Assembly: GCA_963674865.2 (NCBI GenBank)
Contig: CAXXYE010000007.1
Coordinates: 192,001-256,000, forward strand
Source of the DNA: Candidatus Hydrogenedentota bacterium
GTDB lineage: Bacteria; Hydrogenedentota; Hydrogenedentia; Hydrogenedentales; SLHB01
Reading direction: 5' to 3'
Length of the DNA: 64,000 nt
Shown here: positions 1 to 9,926 of the stretch, one piece after another
Position numbering within the stretch: the first letter of the stretch is position 1
Layout: every line of letters begins with the position of its first letter
Position numbers and translations under genes: made by a program
The notes under the pieces: model-generated
Told to the model about the DNA's origin: nothing
What the model saw: the letters and a program-made list of their open reading frames with translations, nothing else
The model's database searches: none

Positions 1-197
1 CCATCGCGCCTCAGGCCGCCGCCGTCAGGCTTGTGCTTACCGGACAGGACTCGACCTTCTATTTCGAGTGGCCGGGAGCATCGGCGGCGGACGGGGTTGC
101 TTGGGTGCCGAAGGGAGAGGAGGCCGCGCGCGCATTGCGGATGAAATTCAGCGACGTGTTCGGCAGAATTCGCGAACTCGTCCACATCTTCGACTGA
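1..197 (+). CDS. 3' end of a hypothetical protein (runs off the left edge)
   Basis: Open frame from position 3 (IAPQAAAVRLVLTGQDSTFYFEWP...RELVHIFD) to TGA 195-197, GC3-rich codons; not in the ORF track because it has no start. Confidence 0.6.
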   Translation, partial: IAPQAAAVRLVLTGQDSTFYFEWPGASAADGVAWVPKGEEAARALRMKFSDVFGRIRELVHIFD

Positions 198-282
198 CAA
201 AGCGCCCACCTGGACTGAACGACGCGCCCTTTCACCTCGTAGCCTGTGAAGGAATACCGAGGAAGAATGAACATGCTCCCCG

Positions 283-393
283 TGTTCCGACTCACAGTTG
301 AGTCCGCTTGTCTGTAGACGCAGAAGCGAAAAACGGGGACTGTCCCAAGCGAGTCCGCGGCAGGCGGGCGAGACGGGACTGTCCCTGCTTTTC
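283..393. repeat. Intergenic palindromic repeat family A, copy 1 (two GGGACTGTCCC units plus inner hairpin)
   Basis: 328-393 matches 10869-10934 at 59/66 nt; the leader GTTCCGACTCACAGTTG..CTTGTCTGTAGACGCAGAAGCGAAA resembles 35737-35784 and 63887-63927. Confidence 0.85.
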
Positions 394-406
394 GGTGCCA
401 AGAGCG

Positions 407-435
407 AAAAGCCCCGTCGCTTTCGCAACGGGGGC
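407..435 (-). terminator. Probable intrinsic terminator downstream of ilvN
   Basis: Minus strand CCCCGTTGC-GAAA-GCGACGGGG hairpin followed by CTTTT. Confidence 0.5.
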
Positions 436-529
436 CTTGCGTCAACTCATGGCCACGAAGGATTCCCCATTGAATCTCCGGCCCCCCTTTTCCGGGACAC
501 TCGGAATGGACGCGATGCATCCCATCGTC

Positions 530-1012
530 TCAGCCGCGTTTTCCCCGGCTCACCGCCACGGGCCCTGAGCGGGCCATCTCTACCACCCCGAACGGCCTCA
601 CAAGCTCGATGAACGTCCGCACCTGATCAGGCGTGCCCGCCGCGCTGAGCGTGATAAACGCGTCGCCCACGTCCACAATGTCCGCGTGGCACGCGTGAGC
701 GACCTCCAACACCTCCGCCCGCCCCCGCTTCGACGACGAGACTTTGACAAGCGCCATTTCCCTTTCCACGTGGTCGCCCTCGGCGAACCGGACCACCTTG
801 ATGGTGTCGATTACCTTGCTCAGTTGCTTGCGCACCTGCTCCAGAATCGCTTCATCCCCTCGGACAACGATCGTCATCCGCGACACGCTCGGATCCAATG
901 TCTCGGCCACGTTGAGACTGTCGATATTGAAGCCGCGCGTGCTGAAAAGGTCCACCACACGCGCCAGCACGCCAAACGAGTTCTCCACCAGTACCGAAAT
1001 GGTCTCCCGCAT
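530..1012 (-). CDS. ilvN: Acetolactate synthase small (regulatory) subunit
   Basis: ISVLVEN..GVLARV..LFS.RGFNIDSL ACT domain; EREMALVKV; start overlaps the ilvB stop. Confidence 0.97.
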   Translation of the reverse strand: MRETISVLVENSFGVLARVVDLFSTRGFNIDSLNVAETLDPSVSRMTIVVRGDEAILEQVRKQLSKVIDTIKVVRFAEGDHVEREMALVKVSSSKRGRAEVLEVAHACHADIVDVGDAFITLSAAGTPDQVRTFIELVRPFGVVEMARSGPVAVSRGKRG

Positions 1013-2742
1013 CAGGCCATTCCTCCCATCATCTCATTCAGCGACGCGCCCGCGGGCACCATCGGATACACATTCTCCTCCCGCTCCACGACGAAGTCGA
1101 TCAGCACCGGCTTATCCGTCTTGAGCGCCTTCCGAATGGCCGGCGCCACCTCCTTCTTCTTCGTGACCCGGATGCCCACCGCCCCGTACGCCTCCGCCAG
1201 CTTCACGAAGTCCGGGATATTCTCCTTCGGACACTCCTCGAAATTCTGCTTACAGTCGGGCGGGCAATCGCTCCGCTGCTGAAGGCACGTGAACGAGTAG
1301 TTCTTGTCGTAGAAAAGCTCCTGCCACTGTCGCACCATCCCCAGGAAGCGGTTGTTGAGGATCATCACCTTGACGGGCAGGTTGTTCATGCACGCCGTGG
1401 CCAGCTCCTGGATATTCATCTGGATGCTGCCGTCGCCCGCGATATCGACCACCGTCTTGTCGGGCAGCCCTGCTTGTGCTCCAATCGCCGCAGGTAACCC
1501 GTAGCCCATGGTGCCCAGCCCACCCGACGACAGGAAGGTGCGCGGCTCCGTGTACGTGTAGAACTGCGCCGCCCACATCTGGTTCTGGCCCACCTCTGTC
1601 GAAATAATCGCCTTGCCCTTGGTGAGCTTGTGTACCTGCTCGACGACGTACTGCGGCCGCAACGCCTCATCATCGGCATAGCTGAGCGCGTAGTCGCGCT
1701 TCCAGCCCGCGATCTTCTTCAGCCAGGCATCCGTTTGGGGCGGCTCGAGAATCTTTACCAGCTCGCGGAGAACATACTTCGCGTCGCCCACCACGGGGAT
1801 ATCCGCGCGGACGCTCTTACCAATCGACGTCGGATCGATATCGATGTGTACGACCCTGGCCCGCCGCGCGAACTCCGAGATCTTGCCCGTCACTCGATCA
1901 TCGAAACGCGCCCCCACGGCGATAATAAGATCCGCCTCCACCATGGCATAGTTCGCGTAGACGGTTCCGTGCATGCCCAGCATCTTGAGCGCCAGCGGAT
2001 GCGTCTCTGGAAAGGCGCCCAATCCCATTAACGTCGTCGTCACCGGGATCTGCGCCTTCGTGGCCAGGTTGTATAATTCCTTATGGCTGCCCGACGCGAT
2101 GACGCCGCCACCCGCGTAGATCACCGGCCTCTCCGACCGGCCGATGGCTTCCGCCGCCTGTTTGATCTGGCGCAGATGGCCCTGCTGCGTCGGCCGGTAG
2201 CCCCGCATGGCCACTTCCTTCGGATGAGGCGCCGACGTTCGCGCCTGCTGGATATCCTTCGGAATATCGATGACCACCGGCCCCGGGCGCCCCGTCGAAG
2301 CGATGTGAAACGCCTCCTTCATAATGCGCGGCAAGTCGTCTACGTTCTTGACGAGGTAGTTGTGCTTCGACACCGACCGCGTGATGCCTAGCGTGTACGC
2401 TTCCTGAAACGCGTCATTGCCGATCATCCCCGAAGGCACCTGTCCTGTCAGCGCGACCACCGGGATCGAGTCCATATGAGCCGTAGCCAGGCCCGTCACC
2501 AGATTCGTGGCCCCCGGCCCGCTCGTTGCGATGCATACGCCCACCTTGCCCGTTGCGCGCGCGTATCCATCCGCTGCATGGACCGCCCCCTGCTCATGCC
2601 GCGTCAGGTAGAAGCGAATGCTGCTGCGGTTCAACTCGTCGAAAATGTCGATCACCGCCCCGCCCGGGATGCCGAACATCACCTCGACTTTCTCCCGTTC
2701 AAGACTCTCGATGATCACCTTCGCGCCGGTTCGCTGTTTCAA
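1012..2742 (-). CDS. ilvB: Acetolactate synthase large subunit
   Basis: [33 protein letters not shown]-binding GDGS...NN motif; TTG start with AAAGGA RBS. Confidence 0.97.
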   Translation of the reverse strand: MKQRTGAKVIIESLEREKVEVMFGIPGGAVIDIFDELNRSSIRFYLTRHEQGAVHAADGYARATGKVGVCIATSGPGATNLVTGLATAHMDSIPVVALTGQVPSGMIGNDAFQEAYTLGITRSVSKHNYLVKNVDDLPRIMKEAFHIASTGRPGPVVIDIPKDIQQARTSAPHPKEVAMRGYRPTQQGHLRQIKQAAEAIGRSERPVIYAGGGVIASGSHKELYNLATKAQIPVTTTLMGLGAFPETHPLALKMLGMHGTVYANYAMVEADLIIAVGARFDDRVTGKISEFARRARVVHIDIDPTSIGKSVRADIPVVGDAKYVLRELVKILEPPQTDAWLKKIAGWKRDYALSYADDEALRPQYVVEQVHKLTKGKAIISTEVGQNQMWAAQFYTYTEPRTFLSSGGLGTMGYGLPAAIGAQAGLPDKTVVDIAGDGSIQMNIQELATACMNNLPVKVMILNNRFLGMVRQWQELFYDKNYSFTCLQQRSDCPPDCKQNFEECPKENIPDFVKLAEAYGAVGIRVTKKKEVAPAIRKALKTDKPVLIDFVVEREENVYPMVPAGASLNEMMGGMA

Positions 2743-2796
2743 GACTCATTCCTTTCAGGCCGAATCCACCAGACCCGCCGTCGCATCACTCCGAGA

Positions 2797-2826
2797 ATTG
2801 TACGGAAATCCATCAAGTGATGTCAC
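2797..2826 (-). promoter_or_regulatory. Possible sigma-70 promoter for ilvBN
   Basis: Minus strand GTGACA-18 nt-TACAAT, about 55 nt upstream of the ilvB start. Confidence 0.4.
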
Positions 2827-2862
2827 ACGACTGTTCGCATTTCCTGCGTCTCGTCGGCGTTC

Positions 2863-2916
2863 CCGGGAGGGACGTGCTCCTGCACGTCCGTGGTCGCGCG
2901 GGAGCGCGACCCTCCC
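2863..2916. repeat. Palindromic repeat family B, copy 1 (double hairpin)
   Basis: CCGGGAGGGACGTGCTCCTGCACGTCCG, identical to 4038-4065, followed by GTCGCGC-GGGA-GCGCGAC and CCTCCC. Confidence 0.85.
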
Positions 2917-3017
2917 CGCCACGGCCTCTCCGCGTTCCTTTGCGTTCTCCGCCGCTCTGCGTTTAGGTTTATTCCAGCTCGAACGCGGAGGCGCGCTGAG
3001 TGCCGCCAGCCGATTCT

Positions 3018-3812
3018 CTATTCATCAAGATCCTTGCCGCAGTGTGGACAACGGCGCGGCTTTGACTTCCTCTTCTGGATTTCTTCCACAAAACCCGCAC
3101 CGAGTATTCCGGTTGGCAACGCGAACATACCGATACCCAGCACGGCTATGACCGACGCTACAAGTCTGCCCACTGTCGTGACGGGGAAAACATCGCCGTA
3201 GCCCACCGTAGTCAGCGTTACCACGGCCCACCACAGCGTAGCGGGAATATCGGGAAACTGCTCCGGCTGGGCGCCATGCTCACAGTAGTACATCACGGAA
3301 GCCGAGAGGACGAGGAGTATCAACATGAGGGCCGTTGTCAGGACGAGCTCCTCCTTCTTCTTCTTGAGCACTACCGCGATAAGGCTCAACGAAGAGTAGT
3401 ACCGCCCAACCTTGGCAACACGTACGACCCTCATGAGGCGCAGGACACGGACGAATCTCAGATCGAGTCCGAGGAAGGGAAGATAGAAAGGCGCGATGGC
3501 CAATAGGTCGATGAGGGACATGCCGCGCGTGGCGAACCTCAGTCTGCCTCGAACCGCCCCCGCATATTCACGCGTCGTGACGCAAGACCAGACGCGCCCG
3601 GCATACTCTATGGTGAAGATCCCGACAGAGACGATTTCGAACCATCGCAGCAAGGCTCCGTGCCGTTCCTGGACTGAGTCCACTGTCCCAAAGATGACGG
3701 CGAGCACATTCAGAGAGATCAAGCACAGAATGAAGATATCGAAAGCCCGGCTGACTCCGTCGCCGGGGCAGGCCACCTCTAGGATTTCCCACGTCCTGGC
3801 TTGCGCTCTCAT
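3018..3812 (-). CDS. Voltage-gated potassium channel (ion transport family)
   Basis: TLTTVGYGD selectivity filter; Arg-rich S4 RFVRVLRLMRVVRVAK; several TM helices; C-terminal CPHCG. Confidence 0.93.
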   Translation of the reverse strand: MRAQARTWEILEVACPGDGVSRAFDIFILCLISLNVLAVIFGTVDSVQERHGALLRWFEIVSVGIFTIEYAGRVWSCVTTREYAGAVRGRLRFATRGMSLIDLLAIAPFYLPFLGLDLRFVRVLRLMRVVRVAKVGRYYSSLSLIAVVLKKKKEELVLTTALMLILLVLSASVMYYCEHGAQPEQFPDIPATLWWAVVTLTTVGYGDVFPVTTVGRLVASVIAVLGIGMFALPTGILGAGFVEEIQKRKSKPRRCPHCGKDLDE

Positions 3813-4037
3813 GCCATCTCCCTAAGCTCTGACTCCCACCGGATCCAGCCGGCCGTTCCAGGTGCCTGAAACGGCGAGAGGCCCCGTGTACAGAGGTGAT
3901 TTCTCCCATCAACCGGCCGAAGCTGCGTCTGGCCGGCACACACCTTCCCTGCGTCCTACCAGCAAAGGTTAGCCTTCTGTAGGAGGGAAAACAAAAAGGG
4001 CTCCAGCGCCACATGAAGCGTCTCTGACTCTGGGCCG

Positions 4038-4065
4038 CCGGGAGGGACGTGCTCCTGCACGTCCG
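4038..4065. repeat. Palindromic repeat family B, copy 2
   Basis: 28/28 identical to 2863-2890; hairpin GGACGTGC-TCCT-GCACGTCC. Confidence 0.85.
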
Positions 4066-4145
4066 GGGCTGCGTGCATCTCTTGAGCTTTGAGAAGAGGC
4101 CGGGCAGACGAACGCGGCCCCAGGTGCCTGCATGAGGCCCACGTG

Positions 4146-5015
4146 TCAAGCGTTAGGAAAGATGAAGTCCTTGGTGATCCCTGCTTCGCTCAGCCACGCG
4201 TCGCACTCTTGTGTTGTGTTCTTTGGAAGAACCACTTTGAGAAAAGTCCTCTCGTTAAGCCCTTTTTCACGTTCGAAATGCCGCCATGTCTCGGCCAAAT
4301 CAAAGCGCAGATCCATTTGTGCAATATATATTGCATCCTGGTTCCTCGCTTTCTGGGACGCTTTCTGCCGGGCGGGGCAGAACACTAACGGGAGCCCTGT
4401 CGAACAGTCTTCTTTCACAGCAGTTTCCATAAGATCAAGAATCTCGCCTACCGTCCTCTCTTGATGAACGACATTGGGCATCGCGCTGACGTCACATATC
4501 CAGACTGCGCCCTCGTCGCTCTCTCTCCTGCCCTTATTAGCGAAGTACACCGCCACTTCCACGCGCTGTGTCCAATCCAGCAGGAAGCTACCCCTCATGG
4601 GGCCAAGATCGTGATCAGGAGACTGTTGGATCCTTTTCATCGACTCGAACCAGGGATCGATACCCTCCTTTTCCCCCAAGTCCAACAAGTCTTGATCAGG
4701 TGGTGTCTGCTCCCCAAACTTGTACAAGAAGAGATTGGCAAGAAGTCGCTGCAGAGCGATTGAGTTCCGGAAATCCGCCCGCACCTTTGACACTTGGCTG
4801 ATGCCAAGAATGCTCTCCTTACAGTATCGTACGAATGTCGAGTCCAGAAGCCACGCTCTATTCCGATGTCCTCTGAAGAGAATCAAGTGTTCCAGACTCT
4901 CGCAATGGCTCTTGATTCCATTCATTTCCTCCACGAAACCATCAAAATCATGTGGAATCCACTCCCACGGAGCCCAACCGGTTCTCGTTTGTTGAGACAC
5001 GGGCTGTGGATTCAT
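4146..5015 (-). CDS. FRG domain-containing protein
   Basis: LFRGH and LLDWT...VAVYFA motifs; AT-richer than neighbours; start overlaps the ahbD stop (TGATG). Confidence 0.8.
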   Translation of the reverse strand: MNPQPVSQQTRTGWAPWEWIPHDFDGFVEEMNGIKSHCESLEHLILFRGHRNRAWLLDSTFVRYCKESILGISQVSKVRADFRNSIALQRLLANLFLYKFGEQTPPDQDLLDLGEKEGIDPWFESMKRIQQSPDHDLGPMRGSFLLDWTQRVEVAVYFANKGRRESDEGAVWICDVSAMPNVVHQERTVGEILDLMETAVKEDCSTGLPLVFCPARQKASQKARNQDAIYIAQMDLRFDLAETWRHFEREKGLNERTFLKVVLPKNTTQECDAWLSEAGITKDFIFPNA

Positions 5016-6115
5016 CAGGTGTAGTCCTCCCCGGCCTCTCTCACGGCCTTTGGCTCATACGTGCAGAACGGCTCCTCGGCGAGGTAATCGCCCGTCGCGG
5101 CGAACGCCCGCGCGCGGCATCCCCCGCACCAGCGCCGGTACTCGCACACCCCGCACTTCCCCTCGTAGTTCCTGAAATCGCGCAATTGCCGGAACAAGGG
5201 CGATCCATACCAGATTGCCGGGAAATCGTAGCCGTTTTCGCGCAAGTCGCCCGCGCATTCCTCGAGGAACCCGCAGATCTGCACCCGGCCCACGTGGCTG
5301 ATGAACGCGAACCCGATGCCCCCCAGACAGCCCCGGCTCATCGCATCGAGTCCGTGCGTCTCCGGCGTGACCTTCCGCCCCGCCTTGGCCTCCCGCTCGC
5401 GAAGGATTCGGTAATAGTGCGGCGCGCACGTCGGCTTGAGCGGAATCGTGCCGCGCTGCCGCAGGTCGTACACCCGGTTCAAGACGCGCTCATACGCCTC
5501 CCCGTCGAGTGCCTCGTCCTTGAGGTCGCTGCCGCGGCCTGTCGGCACGAGCAGGAACGGATGGAACGCCGCCGCCCCAAGCGACACGGCCAGATCGTGG
5601 ATGGCTTCGAGGGCGTCCGCATTCCCGCGCGTGAGCGTCGTGTTAATCTGAAACGGCAACTCCGCGCGCCGCGCCGCCTCAATCCCGCGCATGGACGCCT
5701 CGAACGCGCCCGGCACGCCGCGGAACGCGTCGTGGCTCGCCGTGTCCGGCCCGTCGATACTGACGCTGATCCGCTGGATGCCCGAGTCCTTGAGTTCGCG
5801 AGCCGTCGCTTCATCCAGCGTTGTACCGCATGTCGCCAGCACGGGCCGGAGGCCAAGGTCCACCGTCGTGCGGATGATGTCGAAGATGTCTTCGCGCAGC
5901 AGCGGCTCTCCGCCTGTCAGGATGATGATCGGCTCGAACTTCGCCGCGATACGCTCCAGCACACGCCGCACCTCGTCGAACTCGAGCTCCCCCGCGTACG
6001 GCCCGCTTTGCGACGCCCCCCGGCAATGCTTGCACCGGAGATTGCACCGGCGCGTCACTTCCCACGCGATCAGCCGCGGCCCTTCCGGCCGGTCCTTTCC
6101 ATGAGGATGACTCAA
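5015..6115 (-). CDS. ahbD: Radical SAM/SPASM AdoMet-dependent heme b synthase
   Basis: PRLIAWEVTRRCNLRCKHC (CxxxCxxC), TGGEPL, KPTCAPHYYRI, SPASM CGVCEYRRWCGGCRARA; ahb gene context. Confidence 0.9.
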   Translation of the reverse strand: MSHPHGKDRPEGPRLIAWEVTRRCNLRCKHCRGASQSGPYAGELEFDEVRRVLERIAAKFEPIIILTGGEPLLREDIFDIIRTTVDLGLRPVLATCGTTLDEATARELKDSGIQRISVSIDGPDTASHDAFRGVPGAFEASMRGIEAARRAELPFQINTTLTRGNADALEAIHDLAVSLGAAAFHPFLLVPTGRGSDLKDEALDGEAYERVLNRVYDLRQRGTIPLKPTCAPHYYRILREREAKAGRKVTPETHGLDAMSRGCLGGIGFAFISHVGRVQICGFLEECAGDLRENGYDFPAIWYGSPLFRQLRDFRNYEGKCGVCEYRRWCGGCRARAFAATGDYLAEEPFCTYEPKAVREAGEDYT

Positions 6116-6609
6116 GGCGCCGGCTCCCCGCCGCCCTCGGCGAAGTACATCGGCGCGGACTTCTTCAGTTCCCGCGAACTGAACAGCACTTCGTAGTCCC
6201 GGCAGCCCGTTGTGTCAGCCATTCGCTCCGCTATAGCCCGAACCTCATCCTCGCTCGGCCCGTGAATCATCGCGTAAAGGTTATACGGCCAACCGGGCGC
6301 GGCCCTGCGCGCGTAGCAATGGCTCACTTCGGACTGCGCCGCCAGGTGGGCGCCGACTTCCTCGACGCGTGCGTCATCCACATGCCACACAGCCATCCCG
6401 TTGGCCCGATAGCCAAGCGCCCGATGATTGACGCGCGCGCCGAACCGCCGAACCACCCCGCTGTCGAGCCACCCGCGCACGCGCTCGATGACTTGCTCTT
6501 CCGGCACGCCCGCCCGCTCGGCCACCTCAGCGAAGGGCCGCGGAACCTGCGGCAGCGGCTGGTTCAACGCGCGAATGAGCCCGATTTCCCAATCCTCAAA
6601 GGAATTCAT
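6112..6609 (-). CDS. ahbB: Siroheme decarboxylase beta subunit (Lrp/AsnC-like)
   Basis: RPFAEVA, VRRFGA.VNHR.LGY.AN.M.VW, VSHCY.R, WPYNLYAMIHG, ELKK; start reset to ATG 6609, overlapping the ahbA stop. Confidence 0.9.
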   Translation of the reverse strand: MNSFEDWEIGLIRALNQPLPQVPRPFAEVAERAGVPEEQVIERVRGWLDSGVVRRFGARVNHRALGYRANGMAVWHVDDARVEEVGAHLAAQSEVSHCYARRAAPGWPYNLYAMIHGPSEDEVRAIAERMADTTGCRDYEVLFSSRELKKSAPMYFAEGGGEPAP

Positions 6610-7073
6610 GACTCCCTCTCGGCCGTCGGGAAGTGGACGTTGATCTTGAACATGCGCTCTGCCGGAAGCGATACAACCTCCTCGACGCCCTCGACCTCGC
6701 CGACGGCGTCGAGAATCGCCCCGATGCGCTCCTCCGACGCCGCCACAAGCGTGAACCACATGTTGAACCGGTGCCCCCGCAAGTAATTGTGCGTGACCTC
6801 GGGGAATCCGTTGACGAAGCCCGCCACAGCCTCCACGACATCCGGCGCGACCTGCGCCGCGCACAGCGTGCTCGTGTAGCCCATCCGGCGAACGTTGAAT
6901 ACCGGCCCGATACGGCGCACCAGCCCTTCCTCGGTCAAGCGTCGTAGCCGCTTGAGGACCTCCTCCTCCGTAGCGCCGATTTCCTGCGCGATGTGCAAGA
7001 AAGGGCGCTCCACGACGGGAAACGCCCCCTGTACAAGTTCGAGGATCTGTTTATCCAACGCGTCGAGCGTCAT
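6606..7073 (-). CDS. ahbA: Siroheme decarboxylase alpha subunit
   Basis: LDALDKQIL..VQ..FPV..RPF, RRIGPVF, GYTSTLCAA, VTHNYLR.H.FNMWFT; start reset to ATG 7073. Confidence 0.9.
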   Translation of the reverse strand: MTLDALDKQILELVQGAFPVVERPFLHIAQEIGATEEEVLKRLRRLTEEGLVRRIGPVFNVRRMGYTSTLCAAQVAPDVVEAVAGFVNGFPEVTHNYLRGHRFNMWFTLVAASEERIGAILDAVGEVEGVEEVVSLPAERMFKINVHFPTAERES

Positions 7074-7095
7074 AGCGAGACGCTCTTCTCGCGAA

Positions 7096-7121
7096 GGGAG
7101 TGACGCGCTCCTGCGGCTCCG
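7096..7121. repeat. Degenerate copy of repeat family B
   Basis: GGGAGTGACGCGCTCCTGCGGCTCCG versus GGGAGGGACGTGCTCCTGCACGTCCG, 21/26 nt; in the ahbC-ahbA gap. Confidence 0.5.
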
Positions 7122-7143
7122 CGGCCCAAACACTCGTGCTCCA

Positions 7144-8349
7144 TCATCCGTCCCCCTTCGCGTCATCTCCCAGCCCGATCTCCTCGTCCGTGAGATAACA
7201 CGCCGGATCCGGCGCCCACAAGTCGCCCGTCACCGCCTCCGCCCGCACGCGGAAATTCCCCCCGCACACGTCGAGCCATTTGCACTGCGCGCAGCGGCCT
7301 GTGACGTGTTTCTTCTTCTCCTTGATCTTCATCAGCAACTCGTTGTCGGTATCCGTCCAGATCTCGCCGAAATCCCGCTCCCGCACATTGCCTAGGTTGA
7401 GATGCCGCCAGAATTGATCGGGATGCACCGTGCCGTCCCACGAGACGCAGGCAATGCCCCGGCCCGAGGAGTTGCCCTCGTTGTACCTGAGTAGTTCCAG
7501 CACCTTCTTCGCGCGCTCGGGATTCTCGCGAAGCAGGCGCAGGTACACGTAGGGGCCGTCGGCGTGATTATCCACCGTGAGCACTTCCTTCGGCTCGCCG
7601 CGTTGGTGGAGTTCCGCCGTCAGGTCGATGATTTGATCCACCGCCTGCCGCGTGCGGACGTGATCGAGCGCCTCCGCCACCAGCGCGCTCCCCCGGCCCG
7701 AATACACCAGGTGATAGAAGCACACCCGGGGGATGCTCTCATCGCTCAGCAGCTTGAAGACCGCCGGGATCTCGCCGACATTGCGCCGGTTGATGGTGAA
7801 CCGCAGGCCCACTTTCAGGCCGGCCGCGCGGCAGGCGCGAATCCCATCGAGCGCCCGGCGGAAGGCCCCATCAACGCCTCGGAACCGATCGTTGACGGGC
7901 TCCATACCGTCAATGCTCACGCCCACGTAGGACAAGTCCAGTTCTTTCAAGCGCGCAGCCGCCTCAGGCGTGATGAGCGTGCCGTTCGTGCTCAACACCG
8001 CGCGTAGGCCGCGGGAGCGCGCGTAGTGCACGAGGTCGTAGATATCCGGACGCATGAGCGGCTCGCCGCCGCTGAACAAGACCACCGGCGCGCCGAATCG
8101 CGCCAGGGCGTCCATGAGCCTCTTGCCTTCCTCCGTGGACAACTCGCCCTCGTACCGGCGGTTTTCGGATTGCGAGTAGCAGTGCACGCACTTCAGATTG
8201 CAGCTACGCGTGCAATTCCAGACAACCACCGGCTTCTTGTCCTCGGAGAATTGCAGCAGGTGGCTGGGCATATTCCGCGCCTTGCGCCCGTAGCGTAGGG
8301 CGTCGGACGGCTCCACCGTTCCGCAGTAGAGTTTGCTGATGCCGATCAT
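7144..8349 (-). CDS. ahbC: Radical SAM Fe-coproporphyrin synthase (12,18-didecarboxysiroheme deacetylase)
   Basis: MIGISKLYCG N-terminus, KKPVVVWNCTRSCNLKCVHCY, EVLTVDNHADG, HPDQFW, WAPDPACYLTDEEI. Confidence 0.93.
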   Translation of the reverse strand: MIGISKLYCGTVEPSDALRYGRKARNMPSHLLQFSEDKKPVVVWNCTRSCNLKCVHCYSQSENRRYEGELSTEEGKRLMDALARFGAPVVLFSGGEPLMRPDIYDLVHYARSRGLRAVLSTNGTLITPEAAARLKELDLSYVGVSIDGMEPVNDRFRGVDGAFRRALDGIRACRAAGLKVGLRFTINRRNVGEIPAVFKLLSDESIPRVCFYHLVYSGRGSALVAEALDHVRTRQAVDQIIDLTAELHQRGEPKEVLTVDNHADGPYVYLRLLRENPERAKKVLELLRYNEGNSSGRGIACVSWDGTVHPDQFWRHLNLGNVRERDFGEIWTDTDNELLMKIKEKKKHVTGRCAQCKWLDVCGGNFRVRAEAVTGDLWAPDPACYLTDEEIGLGDDAKGDG

Positions 8350-9926
8350 GCCCGGGGCCTCGCAAGATGCGCGAGAACGGCTTCAACGAGGCCACCTATG
8401 GTGGATTGCTCCGCCTCGACGGCCACGTCGATACCGGCGTCACTGAGCGTCTTCGATGTAATGGGGCCGATGCTCGCCGCCCGTACGCGGGGCAGAAGGC
8501 TCGCGCGCCGCTCCTCCGGGATATCCGCGATGAAATTCGTGACGGTGGACGAACTCGTGAATGTCACCAGATCGATGCTATCCCCGGCAAGCCGCTCGAG
8601 CACGGCTTCCGGCAGCGGCCCTTCCCGCATCGTCCGGTACGCTGCCACGTCCACGACCTCCGCGCCGCGTTCGCGCAGTCCATCCGCCAAGTCCGGCGGC
8701 GCGATATCCGAGTGGGGGAGGAGATAACGCTGCCCCGTGAACGTCTCCGTCTTGTCGAACGCTTCGAGCAGCGCCTCCGCCACGAACCGCTCGGGAACCA
8801 AGTCCGGCAGCAATCCGCGCTCTCGCAGGTGCTCCCCCGTGGTGGAGCCAATCGCCGCGACGCCACTATTCGCCAGCACGCGCACGTCCAGCCCTTCCAA
8901 ACAGAGCGCCTCGTAGAAAGCGTCCACCGCGTTGACGCTCGTGAATACCACCCAATCACAATCCGATGCCTCGCGCACGGCCGCGTGCATGGCGGGCGTG
9001 TGTCCCAGATTCTCGATACGAATCGTCGGCGCTTCCAGCACGTCCGCGCCCAGCGCGCGCAATTGCGCGACAAGCTCCGACGCCTGTGCGCGTGCCCGTG
9101 TGACGACGATGCTCCGCCCGAACAGCGGGCGTTCCTCGAACCAAGCCAGTGTCTCCCGCAACCGGGCCACTTCACCGACCACGAGCGTCGCGGGCGGCTC
9201 GATGCCTTGCTCCTCGGCGAGCCGCGGTAACGCCGCCAATGTGCCCGCCACTGTCCGCTGCGTGGGTAGTGTCCCATTCGAGACAAGCGCTGCGGACGTG
9301 TCCGGCGCGCGCCCACAGGCGATCAAGCGTTCGGCGATGAGCGGCAGATTGCGGACGCCCATCAGGAACACCAGTGTGCCCGAGGTCGCCGCGAGCTCCT
9401 TCCAATCCACGTCGCTCTCCGGCTTCGTCGGATCCTCGTGCCCGGTGACGATGCGCACCGACGCCGCCACGCCGCGATGCGTAACCGGGATTCCCGCGTA
9501 GGCCGGCGCCGCCACCGCCGACGTCACGCCGGGCACCACCTCGACGGGCACCCCGCGTTCCCTCAAGTACAGCGCTTCCTCGCCGCCCCGGCCGAATACG
9601 AAGGGATCGCCCCCTTTCAGCCGGCACACGGCTTTCCCCGCGAGCGCCTTCTCACAGAGCAGCGCGTTGATATCATCCTGTTTCATCGAGTGGCGCCCCG
9701 CGCGCTTGCCCGCGTGAATGCGCTCGGCCTTGTCCCGGGCGTGTTCGAGGAGCACCGGATTGCACAGGCTGTCGTACACGACCACATCGGCCTGGGCGAT
9801 GCACTCCCGGCCCCGCACCGTCAGCAGGCCCGGATCGCCCGGCCCAGCGCCCACCAGCCAGACCTTGCCGGCTCCTTCGCGCTGTTCCCGGGCGTTACCT
9901 ACGCCTTTTTGTCTCGATTCGTTCAC
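8346..9926 (-). CDS. cobA: Fused uroporphyrinogen-III C-methyltransferase / uroporphyrinogen-III synthase (CobA-HemD)
   Basis: VWLVGAGPGDPGLLT, RLKGGDPFVFGRGGEE; C-half VVTRAR.QA, FTSVNAV, FTSSSTV, SIGPITS. Confidence 0.95.
   Translation of the reverse strand: MNESRQKGVGNAREQREGAGKVWLVGAGPGDPGLLTVRGRECIAQADVVVYDSLCNPVLLEHARDKAERIHAGKRAGRHSMKQDDINALLCEKALAGKAVCRLKGGDPFVFGRGGEEALYLRERGVPVEVVPGVTSAVAAPAYAGIPVTHRGVAASVRIVTGHEDPTKPESDVDWKELAATSGTLVFLMGVRNLPLIAERLIACGRAPDTSAALVSNGTLPTQRTVAGTLAALPRLAEEQGIEPPATLVVGEVARLRETLAWFEERPLFGRSIVVTRARAQASELVAQLRALGADVLEAPTIRIENLGHTPAMHAAVREASDCDWVVFTSVNAVDAFYEALCLEGLDVRVLANSGVAAIGSTTGEHLRERGLLPDLVPERFVAEALLEAFDKTETFTGQRYLLPHSDIAPPDLADGLRERGAEVVDVAAYRTMREGPLPEAVLERLAGDSIDLVTFTSSSTVTNFIADIPEERRASLLPRVRAASIGPITSKTLSDAGIDVAVEAEQSTIGGLVEAVLAHLARPRA

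Noticed and set aside
2863..4160. Integron attC sites after the FRG and K+ channel genes
   Set aside because: CCTAAC occurs at the FRG 3' end, but I found no matching GTTRRRY box or attC-type extended stem, and there is no integrase
4952..6196. 414-aa + strand ORF, and similar long ORFs at 14638-15858, 29213-30541, 40966-42426, 44860-46116, 47281-48726, 51905-53035 and 56254-57648
   Set aside because: Antisense shadows of well-supported genes in GC-rich DNA; no motifs
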